From a virus, in the IMG/VR virus record IMGVR_UViG_3300013108_000622, positions 1 to 64,000 of that record: a DNA stretch of 64,000 bases, one strand, 5' to 3'. This document shows positions 10,368 through 18,289 of this stretch, piece after piece. The translations under genes were made by a program, and so were the position numbers. How positions within the stretch are numbered: position 1 is the stretch's first letter; every line of letters starts with the position of its first letter. The notes beneath the pieces were generated by a model, which had not been told where the DNA came from, did not search any database, and saw only the letters and a list, made by a program, of their open reading frames with translations.

Positions 10368-10896
10368 AATCAAAATCGATCCAGATCCTCAATCTGAGCC
10401 TGAACCGATAATAATTTCTTTAGAAGTTCGGAAAACGCTAGATGGCAAGATTATGATTCTTGATCATTTATTGATTGATATTGTTCTTGACACACAGCAG
10501 AATAAAATTGTTTTATTTCCTAAAAACTCAATTGATGATGAAATTTATCATATACAAGACTCATACTTCAACCACTTGCGCAACGAAGGCATAATCCTCG
10601 CAGATAGCATAGTTTCAGGAAATGTCTTTGGTAGCCTGGAGGCAACATACCCAAACCCCGTCGATGAATCAATCAGTGCCGCACAGGTAATACTTTTGGC
10701 AACTAAGAAATTTATTGACTCTGAGAATCCAAAAATTGAAGCTCAAGAATATATTGAGAATGAAATAGAGGATTACTTAGTAGATCCTACTGATAGTGAT
10801 TCTACCGAGTTGGGTGAGGTTCCGCAAGAACCAAAGAAGGGTTCCCAACAGTCAGAAAAAGTTAGAAGCTATTTAAGTGGTTATGGATATTACTAA
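10357..10896 (+). CDS. Hypothetical protein
   Basis: 179-aa ORF with overlapping start and stop codons in the operon. Confidence 0.7.
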   Translation: MSIKIKIDPDPQSEPEPIIISLEVRKTLDGKIMILDHLLIDIVLDTQQNKIVLFPKNSIDDEIYHIQDSYFNHLRNEGIILADSIVSGNVFGSLEATYPNPVDESISAAQVILLATKKFIDSENPKIEAQEYIENEIEDYLVDPTDSDSTELGEVPQEPKKGSQQSEKVRSYLSGYGYY

Positions 10897-11195
10897 TGAA
10901 CTTATTGCTATTTGTGCTTGCGGCTTATGGTCTTACGCAAATTATAGTATTTGGAAGCATATTCAATAAAATTCGCCCCTCCCACCACTTCTTCCACTGC
11001 TCTATGTGTGTAGGATGGTGGGTTGGACTCTTTTTATGGGCAATTAACCAACATACAGAACTATTTACATTTGACTATTCTATTACTAGTGCTGTTTTAT
11101 TAGCATGTATTAGTTCTGGAACGTCATATGTTTTGAGTATGGTGTTTGGCGACGAAGGGATAAATTTTAAAAATCGAGGTGATAATAATGTTTGA
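10896..11195 (+). CDS. Small membrane protein with CxxC (DUF1360-like)
   Basis: Three hydrophobic segments; FHCSMCVGWW motif. Confidence 0.6.
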   Translation: MNLLLFVLAAYGLTQIIVFGSIFNKIRPSHHFFHCSMCVGWWVGLFLWAINQHTELFTFDYSITSAVLLACISSGTSYVLSMVFGDEGINFKNRGDNNV

Positions 11196-11322
11196 AAATT
11201 CTTTTACAACAAAAAAACGTTTGTTGCGTCCTGTTCGGCGCTGTAAATCTGGCTGCCATCCCGTGCGGGTTGCGCCCGCACCGACAGGAATAAAGTATGA
11301 AAATTACAGAAAGTTATATTAG
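11188..11322 (+). CDS. Unannotated 44-aa basic Cys peptide (MFENSFTTKKRLLRPVRRCKSGCHPVRVAPAPTGIKYENYRKLY)
   Basis: SD GAGGTG 6 nt upstream of the ATG; fills the gap between two genes; below the ORF-track length cut-off. Confidence 0.5.
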   Translation: MFENSFTTKKRLLRPVRRCKSGCHPVRVAPAPTGIKYENYRKLY

Positions 11323-11779
11323 AGAGATAATAAAAGAAGAGATTAAGAATCTTCGTGAAAACCTTGAAAATGAGGGAGAGCACAAAATTGCGCATTTAGC
11401 ATATCTTATGTTGGGCAAGCTCCGTGAAGAGTTTGAAGATCATATGGGTAACGTGAATAATGATTCGGATATCTCTAAAGAGTTTGAACTCTTACATGAT
11501 TCTATCAGTGAGTCATGGATGGTGGCAGACAAAATGTTAACCGGTGGAGAAACGGCAGATGGCCTTCCTGGTCTTTATGAAGCTCAGGGAGACTGCGCAC
11601 AAGAAGAAATTTCCAACGCTTTAGATGTTGTTTCGCGGTGTGTAATGTCGGGTCAATCTCAAAGACCCAAATCAACAGAAACTGAATTGGGTATAATGCC
11701 ATCTAAAGTCGCCGCCCCACCGGAAGGAACAAGTGCAGGTGGAGTAAAATGGATAAAGGAAGAGGAATCAAATGAGTAG
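11297..11779 (+). CDS. Hypothetical acidic protein with N-terminal MKITESYIREIIKEE motif
   Basis: Shared N-terminal motif; lies directly upstream of the prohead protease. Confidence 0.65.
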   Translation: MKITESYIREIIKEEIKNLRENLENEGEHKIAHLAYLMLGKLREEFEDHMGNVNNDSDISKEFELLHDSISESWMVADKMLTGGETADGLPGLYEAQGDCAQEEISNALDVVSRCVMSGQSQRPKSTETELGIMPSKVAAPPEGTSAGGVKWIKEEESNE

Positions 11780-12377
11780 TAAATATCTTTTAAGAGAATA
11801 TTTTGAGCTTTGCTCAGGTGGCGTCTGTCAAGACTTGCTTTCCGAAGACGAGAAAAAACAAGTCCAAAACGGCGCGACCTTTCTTTCTGGTGTAATGCAG
11901 CGATGCGATGAGCAAAACGGAAATGGCCGAGTATATCCTGGACCTATCCTGCAAAGGGAAGTAAAGAATTATATGAAGGCGATTAAAGAGAATAGAGCTT
12001 GCGGGGAGTTAGATCACCCAGAGGATTCTGTTGTTAACCTTAAAAACGCAAGCCATATGGTGACTTCTGTTTGGTGGGAAGGAAAAGACTTGATGGGAAA
12101 AATCAAAGTTCTTTCAACTCCTGCTGGTAAAATCTTAGAATCATTAATCAATGATGGTGTAATGCTTGGGATTTCATCGCGTGGTTTGGGGTCTGTTCGT
12201 GAATCCCAAGGCCAAACGATGGTTGAAGACGACTTTCAGTTGATTTGTTTTGATATTGTATCAGAACCTTCAACTCAAGGTGCATATATGATGATGAATG
12301 AATCCAAAGAAAAGAGAATTTGGTCTAAAGCAGACCGCATAAACCGAATGTTAAACGATATTATTGGTGACAAATAA
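11772..12377 (+). CDS. Prohead core protein protease (T4 gp21-like)
   Basis: NGNGRVYP, GELDHP, SH, GISSRGLGS and FDIVSEPS motifs. Confidence 0.95.
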   Translation: MSSKYLLREYFELCSGGVCQDLLSEDEKKQVQNGATFLSGVMQRCDEQNGNGRVYPGPILQREVKNYMKAIKENRACGELDHPEDSVVNLKNASHMVTSVWWEGKDLMGKIKVLSTPAGKILESLINDGVMLGISSRGLGSVRESQGQTMVEDDFQLICFDIVSEPSTQGAYMMMNESKEKRIWSKADRINRMLNDIIGDK

Positions 12378-13210
12378 TGAAACTTACAAAAGAAGTATTA
12401 AAAAGAATTATTAACGAAGAGATAGACTCACAAAGATTTCCAATGAAGTTAAGTCAAGTTAATCCGAGTATCGCAAAACAAGTTACAACTTCAGGCAAAA
12501 AAGACGGAAATCCAGCAGACGACGCAAGAGATGTAAATGTTAAAGAATATTCTGTTTCTGAATTAAAACCATCGCAGTCTTCTATGAACCTTCCTAAAAG
12601 CTTGGGTATGTTAGTTGCAATGATTAGTGGTAAAATGCCAAGCGGCGGTAATTTAGGCGGGTTCATCAGCAGTGATAGATTTATTATGGACGGACACCAC
12701 AGATGGGTGTCAACAGCAATGTTGAATCCAAAATTAAAAGTCGCAGGATATGTTGTAAATATGCCAGCTTCTGACTTGATTCCTGTATTGAACGCTATCA
12801 CCGTGGGCAGACTTGGGATTACAAAAGGAAAACAAGGCACCGGCTCATTTGCTCAATTCCAAAAAGAGCCGATTCAAAAAGAAATGTTAAACCTTATAAA
12901 GAAAGGAAATAAGCATGTAAAGCCTCAAGCCGTTAAAGCAGCTTTTCAAAAGTATGTCGGTCAGCAAATTGAAAGCGATGAACAGCTTGTAGCAGCAGCT
13001 GCACAAAAAGCGGCAACTAATTTGAGAAATGTTAAATTTGAACTTCCTGCAAACGCTCCAGCGCGGCCTGATATGCCAGTAATAGATAAAGATAAGGTTC
13101 CTGATGCAGATAAAATAGCAATTGCGGCCATTGAAAAAGGCGAAGTAGATATGTCAAAACCTTATGCGAAAATTAAAGAATCTAAAAAAACATCCATTAA
13201 AAAGAGATAA
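12377..13210 (+). CDS. ParB/sulfiredoxin-like domain protein with N-terminal MKLTKEVLKRIINEE motif
   Basis: ELKPSQ and IMDGHHRW are typical of the ParB-N/Srx fold. Confidence 0.7.
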   Translation: MKLTKEVLKRIINEEIDSQRFPMKLSQVNPSIAKQVTTSGKKDGNPADDARDVNVKEYSVSELKPSQSSMNLPKSLGMLVAMISGKMPSGGNLGGFISSDRFIMDGHHRWVSTAMLNPKLKVAGYVVNMPASDLIPVLNAITVGRLGITKGKQGTGSFAQFQKEPIQKEMLNLIKKGNKHVKPQAVKAAFQKYVGQQIESDEQLVAAAAQKAATNLRNVKFELPANAPARPDMPVIDKDKVPDADKIAIAAIEKGEVDMSKPYAKIKESKKTSIKKR

Positions 13211-13212
13211 TA

Positions 13213-13635
13213 GTGAAAAAGAACGAACTAAAAAAGATCTTAAAACCCTTAATCAAAGAGTGCATCAAAGAAGTTATCTTTGAAGATGGCACTTTGTCTG
13301 GTATTATATCAGAAGTGGCGCAAGGACTGTCATCTGTGCAGTCAACAGCTCCACAACAAATTGTAAAAGAACAAACAACCCTTGCACCCAAAGTACAGTC
13401 GGTATCACAATCTGAAGGTTATAGGCAAGCAAGGCAACAACTAGAAGAAGTAAAGAACTCTCTAGCTAAGACTACTGGATTGTCTGGTATTTTTGAGAAC
13501 ACTACTCCAATGCATTCTAGTGGTGGTGCGTCTTCAAGACATGGGGCACTATCTGATGTAGATCCTACCGATCCTGGTGTTGACATCAGTGGTATAATTG
13601 ATGTCGCAGGCAGAGCTTGGGGTCAATTAAAGTAA
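13213..13635 (+). CDS. Hypothetical protein (MKKNELKKILKPLIKECIKE)
   Basis: GTG start; N-terminal motif related to those of its neighbours. Confidence 0.65.
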   Translation: MKKNELKKILKPLIKECIKEVIFEDGTLSGIISEVAQGLSSVQSTAPQQIVKEQTTLAPKVQSVSQSEGYRQARQQLEEVKNSLAKTTGLSGIFENTTPMHSSGGASSRHGALSDVDPTDPGVDISGIIDVAGRAWGQLK

Positions 13636-13639
13636 TAAA

Positions 13640-13846
13640 ATGGAAGTTAAAAAAAGAAAAAACGAAACCAACGAATCACTTATAAGAAGATTTGTTAGGA
13701 AAGTTAAAAAAGAAAAAATTATTGAAGAATATCGAGAAAGAGAGTATTTTAAAAAACCTTCTGAGGTTCGCAGAGAAAAAAACGCTCGTCGTCAAATAGA
13801 GCTTGAAAAACAAAAACGAAAAGAAAAATTAGAAAGAGAAGAATAG
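13640..13846 (+). CDS. rpsU: Ribosomal protein bS21
   Basis: 68-aa basic protein; NE..ESLIRRF.RKV.KE.I..E.RER.YF.KPSE.RR matches the bS21 pattern. Confidence 0.88.
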   Translation: MEVKKRKNETNESLIRRFVRKVKKEKIIEEYREREYFKKPSEVRREKNARRQIELEKQKRKEKLEREE

Positions 13847-13880
13847 AAAACTAATTATTTAACGTAAGAGGGTATAAAAA

Positions 13881-14285
13881 ATGGCAGTTTTTAATTACGG
13901 CGCACCAGGCATTGGGAATGTAGCATCATACCAGGTGTCTGGCAAACCATTTGTTTCGGGCGGCATTAACGTCGGCGCAGAACCAGATGACACCACAGAG
14001 ATCGGCTTTCCATCTGTTACAAGGTGGATTATCATAACTAATCATGATACTGCACAAGATGTATCTTGCTCTTTTTCAGAGACTGGATTTACTACAAACA
14101 ATTATTTTACAGTGTCGAGAGATAGAAATGATTATACAAACACACAGACACAAAGAATGGAGTTGAAAATTAGTAAAATATTCTTAAAAGGCGCTTCGTC
14201 CAATGTTGATGTTATAGCTGGTCTTACCGGGATTTCTACTGGATCAATTTTGAATAATTGGTCGGGCTCTATGGGAGTAGGATAG
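13881..14285 (+). CDS. Putative virion protein, paralog family copy 1
   Basis: GIGNVASYQVSGKPF...FPSVTRWIII.N...NYF...NWSGSMGVG. Confidence 0.7.
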   Translation: MAVFNYGAPGIGNVASYQVSGKPFVSGGINVGAEPDDTTEIGFPSVTRWIIITNHDTAQDVSCSFSETGFTTNNYFTVSRDRNDYTNTQTQRMELKISKIFLKGASSNVDVIAGLTGISTGSILNNWSGSMGVG

Positions 14286-14293
14286 AGGTTAAT

Positions 14294-14710
14294 ATGGCAG
14301 TTTATAAACCAGGACCACCAGGTTTAGGAAATGTAGCATCATACCAAGTATCAGGAAAACCGTTTGTTACTGGGGGCATAGATGTTGGTGCTGCAACTGT
14401 GGGTGGACATCCTCTAGAAATAACCTTCCCAAGTGTTACTAGTTGGATTATAGTTACAAATCTTGACGATGCCGCCGACGCACCTGTAAAAGTCGGTGCT
14501 TCACTAAATGGTTTAGCTACGGACAATTATTTTACTGTATTAGAAGATTATAGTCAGTGGAAGTGCTCAAGAACTCCTAGGATGGATTTAAAATTAACAA
14601 AACTTTATTTAACTGGAACATCGAACAATGTTGACATTGTTGCTGGTGTTACCGGAATCAACACTACGGAAATATCTGGCAATTGGACCGGATCAGTTGG
14701 AGTAGGATAA
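14294..14710 (+). CDS. Putative virion protein, paralog family copy 2
   Basis: Start at ATG 14294 (SD GAGG); GLGNVASYQVSGKPF...NWTGSVGVG. Confidence 0.7.
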   Translation: MAVYKPGPPGLGNVASYQVSGKPFVTGGIDVGAATVGGHPLEITFPSVTSWIIVTNLDDAADAPVKVGASLNGLATDNYFTVLEDYSQWKCSRTPRMDLKLTKLYLTGTSNNVDIVAGVTGINTTEISGNWTGSVGVG

Positions 14711-14711
14711 A

Positions 14712-15116
14712 ATGAAAATTTACGACCCAACACTACAAACACCATCTTTAAATTCGGCGGGTGCGTATCAAGTATCGGGGATACCATTTTTCAAAGGCGG
14801 ACTTACGGCAACAAACACCGTACAGGTTATCGAGTTCCCGTCTGTAACTAACTGGATTTATTTTGCAAATGTAGATGAAACCCTCGCAGACGATTTGAAG
14901 GTCGGCTTCAGTGAAGATGGTATCAATGGGAAGAATTATTTTATCATTGGCTCAAGCAATTTTAACTACGCACCATACGAGGCTTTCCCGTGGAAAGTGA
15001 CTAAGATCTATTATAAGAGAGTCAGCGGGGATGTTACTTTTGATATTGCAGCAGGTTTAACTGGCATCGTCACAGGCTCAATTCTTAACAACTGGGCTGG
15101 TTCCATCGGGGTATAA
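14712..15116 (+). CDS. Putative virion protein, paralog family copy 3
   Basis: AYQVSGIPF...EFPSVTNWI...NYF...NWAGSIGV. Confidence 0.7.
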   Translation: MKIYDPTLQTPSLNSAGAYQVSGIPFFKGGLTATNTVQVIEFPSVTNWIYFANVDETLADDLKVGFSEDGINGKNYFIIGSSNFNYAPYEAFPWKVTKIYYKRVSGDVTFDIAAGLTGIVTGSILNNWAGSIGV

Positions 15117-15157
15117 TACTACTTTTCCCCATTTTAAGTCTTTTCTTTCGAATAACA

Positions 15158-15165
15158 ACTATTTA
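15158..15165 (+). promoter_or_regulatory. Putative late promoter motif ACTATTTA (scaffold/capsid operon)
   Basis: Recurrent intergenic motif. Confidence 0.6.
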
Positions 15166-15205
15166 TTAACGATACATATATTTTTTATATTTTAAGGAGA
15201 GAAAA

Positions 15206-16312
15206 ATGTCATCATCTATGTTACAGCAAGCCGTCATCGACGCGCAAGCACTTAAGGAAGCTGCAATCAAAAATGCAGAGCAGGAAGTTCTTAAAAAATA
15301 TTCTGGTGAAATAAAGGAGGCCGTCGATTCATTGTTGGAAGAAGAACCAATCACAACAGATGATTCAATGGACTTAAATTCAGATGAAACCCCTACAGAG
15401 ACTATTGTCGAGGACATTCCACTCAAGGCAACCGAAGGACTCGATGACCAACCTGAACAAGGAGAAGTGGTCGAATTAAACTTAGACGAATTGAGAGCCT
15501 CTATGGTTGACAACTCCACAGAAGAGCCGATGTTTGAAGTTAACGAGGCTGAACTAGAAAGTCTTTTATCTGAAGACGAACAATCGAAACCTGACTATAT
15601 TGATATTGATAACGACGGCGACAAAGAAGAGTCAATGAAACAAGCCGCTGCTGACAAAAAGAAGGGCGAAATTAAAGAAGAAATCAACGAAGAAGAATTG
15701 GAGCTAAACGAGGAAGAACTCAAAGCGGCAATTGAAGAAATTTTAAAAGTTGATTACGAAGTCGTTCCACGTGGCAAAAATGGCCAAACACATGCAACAA
15801 AAGTTGGGCATGAGTGGGCTTTGGAAGCATCTCTCGCAAAACAAGAAGACACCGAGACCAAAGAAACCGATGCTTCAATGGTAAAAGCAATCGAAAAAAT
15901 CCAAAAACTAGAAGAGCAAGTAAAATCTCTCAAGTCTGACAAGAATAGACTTGCAAAAGATCATAGTGAACTAAAGAGTATTGCCTGTCAAGTCAGTGAT
16001 AAGCTGGCTGAAATAAACACCACCAACGCTAAGTTGGTATATCAGAATCGTATTCTGAAATCCCCCTCCTTGAATGAGCGACAAAAAACAAATCTTGTCG
16101 AAGCGGTTTCAAAAGCGAATTCAACCGAAGAGGCCAAAGTTATTTTTGAAACTTTGCAAGATTCTTTAACTTCTAAAGAGCCCAGTGCTCCTAAGAATTT
16201 AAATGAAGCTGTAAGTAAAAATAATCGGCTTATTTTGAAATCACAACAAACAACCAGCCAATCTTCAGATTCTACTTCGGTGAGAATGAAGAGGCTTGCT
16301 GGAATTATTTAA
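15206..16312 (+). CDS. Prohead core scaffolding protein (gp22-like)
   Basis: Acidic coiled-coil protein immediately upstream of the MCP; many (L/I)xE sites; C-terminal RMKRLAGII. Confidence 0.8.
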   Translation: MSSSMLQQAVIDAQALKEAAIKNAEQEVLKKYSGEIKEAVDSLLEEEPITTDDSMDLNSDETPTETIVEDIPLKATEGLDDQPEQGEVVELNLDELRASMVDNSTEEPMFEVNEAELESLLSEDEQSKPDYIDIDNDGDKEESMKQAAADKKKGEIKEEINEEELELNEEELKAAIEEILKVDYEVVPRGKNGQTHATKVGHEWALEASLAKQEDTETKETDASMVKAIEKIQKLEEQVKSLKSDKNRLAKDHSELKSIACQVSDKLAEINTTNAKLVYQNRILKSPSLNERQKTNLVEAVSKANSTEEAKVIFETLQDSLTSKEPSAPKNLNEAVSKNNRLILKSQQTTSQSSDSTSVRMKRLAGII

Positions 16313-16334
16313 TTATTTAAGGAGATTTAATACA

Positions 16335-18176
16335 ATGAGTATTATTGAAAAACTAACTGAGGGCGTCATGAAACGTGATGTCCAAAAAGAAGGTCAAGCT
16401 CTTCTCAATAAATGGGAAAAGACTGGTCTACTAGAAGGTATTGAGAATGATCACGGTCGTAATAGTATGGCTGCGCTTCTTGAAAACCAAGCTAAAGAGC
16501 TTCTTCGCGAAGCTTCCTCTATGCATGCTGGCGATGTCGAAGGCTTCGCAGCAGTAGCATTTCCAATCGTCCGTCGAGTATTCGGAAATTTGGTTGCTAA
16601 TGAACTTGTTTCTGTTCAACCTATGAGCCTGCCATCAGGACTCATTTTCTTCCTCGACTTTACATATGGTAGCGCCCGTGCTGATCAATATGTAGAGCGC
16701 ACCTCACTTTATGGTGGTGGTGCTGTCGGTAATCAAATCACTGGTGGTGTTGATCTTAGCACCGTTAGCGGTTCTCAGTCTGGTTACTATGGCCTTAACA
16801 ATGGCTATGCGTCCCCTACTGGTTCTTCCGACGTTTCTCTATATTGTGTTGTTTCTGGATGTTTTGGTGGTTCCGGTCTTCAGACCGAAGCCGTTGGTAA
16901 AACAGTCGGTGACGGCCTATCAACTGGGTTTAGTGTTGCTACAACAACATCTGATTATCCAATCCCAACCACAACAACTGGTTTGGGCACAACAAAATTA
17001 AACAGCCAAGATGCATTTGATCGTCTTTGTAACTTTGATCCTGATTTTACATCTGGAACAACTCAAGTTGCTGTTTTCGCACTAACAACTGCTTCAAATG
17101 CGTTGAAAAATGCTAATTCTGAATATAACAAACATGACCTTGTTGCAATCAGTGCATCACCTGCAAATGGTTCGCAAGTTCGTCGTTTGACAGCATATTC
17201 AGGTTCTAACATTTTTTATCGTAACACTTCTGATGGTGGTTTGGGCGACGGAACTATTTTCCTTTTTGTTGCTAGTGATACTGTGCCAGCAAGCACACTA
17301 CGCGCAGCATATGGAACTACAGCCGGTGTCAACTACCCACTTGAAGATTCCTTTGGCGCAGCTCCAACTCTAGGTGCTGTTCAAGGTCAACTAAACTGGG
17401 CGCTTGAAGATAACGCGGCAATCCCCGAGATTGATATCAAGGTTGATAGTGTGTCAATCACTGCAAACACTAAAAAGTTGAAAGCTCGTTGGACACCTGA
17501 GTTGCAACAAGATATTAATGCTTATCACAATCTTGACGCTGAAGTTGAGCTTACAAGCATTCTTTCTGAGACAATTGCACTTGAAATCGATCAAGAGATT
17601 CTAGAAGACCTTATCAAAGGCGCTTTGGCTGGTACATACTACTGGTCACGTAAACCTGGTAAGTTTGTGAATCGTGAAGAAGGTACAAGCACAAATCAAA
17701 CTCTGTTCCCAGATTTCACTGGTACAGTTTCTGAGTGGTACGAAACGCTTCTTGAAACTATCAATGATGTTTCCGCTGCTATCCATCGCAAGACATTGCG
17801 TGGTGGTGCGAACTTTATCGTTGTTAGCCCTGAAGTTTCAAACCTTCTTGAGTTCACTGCCGGATTCCGTGCAGACACAACAGCTGATGAGGCTCGTGGC
17901 ACAACCGGAGCAATGAAAGTTGGCTCACTTAGCAAGAAGCTTGATGTTTATGTAGACGCATATTTCCCAAGAAATGTGGTTCTAGTTGGACGCAAAGGAA
18001 ACAGCTTCCTTGAATCCGGCTATGTATATGCGCCATATGTGCCACTACAAATCACTCCTACCATTTTTGGACCTGACGACTTTACACCACGAAAGGGTGT
18101 AATGACTCGATACGGAAAGAAGATGGTAAGACCTGATATGTATGGTCTTGTAATCGTTGAAGACTTGTTAGGTTAA
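16335..18176 (+). CDS. Major capsid protein (T4 gp23-like) with a large central insertion
   Basis: KWEKTGLLEG, LLENQ, VQPMSLPSGLIF, KLKARWTPELQQD, YAPYVPL and GVMTRYG; start at ATG 16335 with SD AAGGAG. Confidence 0.95.
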   Translation: MSIIEKLTEGVMKRDVQKEGQALLNKWEKTGLLEGIENDHGRNSMAALLENQAKELLREASSMHAGDVEGFAAVAFPIVRRVFGNLVANELVSVQPMSLPSGLIFFLDFTYGSARADQYVERTSLYGGGAVGNQITGGVDLSTVSGSQSGYYGLNNGYASPTGSSDVSLYCVVSGCFGGSGLQTEAVGKTVGDGLSTGFSVATTTSDYPIPTTTTGLGTTKLNSQDAFDRLCNFDPDFTSGTTQVAVFALTTASNALKNANSEYNKHDLVAISASPANGSQVRRLTAYSGSNIFYRNTSDGGLGDGTIFLFVASDTVPASTLRAAYGTTAGVNYPLEDSFGAAPTLGAVQGQLNWALEDNAAIPEIDIKVDSVSITANTKKLKARWTPELQQDINAYHNLDAEVELTSILSETIALEIDQEILEDLIKGALAGTYYWSRKPGKFVNREEGTSTNQTLFPDFTGTVSEWYETLLETINDVSAAIHRKTLRGGANFIVVSPEVSNLLEFTAGFRADTTADEARGTTGAMKVGSLSKKLDVYVDAYFPRNVVLVGRKGNSFLESGYVYAPYVPLQITPTIFGPDDFTPRKGVMTRYGKKMVRPDMYGLVIVEDLLG

Positions 18177-18207
18177 TTCTTATATTAACTTAATAAAAGT
18201 TATGAAT

Positions 18208-18245
18208 GCCCCGTCTTTCTTATGAGAGGCGGGGTTTTCTTTTTC
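18208..18245 (+). terminator. Rho-independent terminator after MCP
   Basis: GCCCCGTCTTTC-TTAT-GAGAGGCGGGGT stem-loop followed by a T-rich tract. Confidence 0.85.
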
Positions 18246-18262
18246 GTTTAACATTAATTTTA

Positions 18263-18270
18263 ACTATTTA
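18263..18270 (+). promoter_or_regulatory. Putative late promoter motif ACTATTTA (neck operon)
   Basis: Directly after the terminator and before SD AGGAG. Confidence 0.6.
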
Positions 18271-18289
18271 AACACAGGAGAACGGAAAA

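Noticed and set aside
11263-11281. GC-rich hairpin as an intrinsic terminator
   Set aside because: There is no U tract on either strand and it lies within a continuous gene train.
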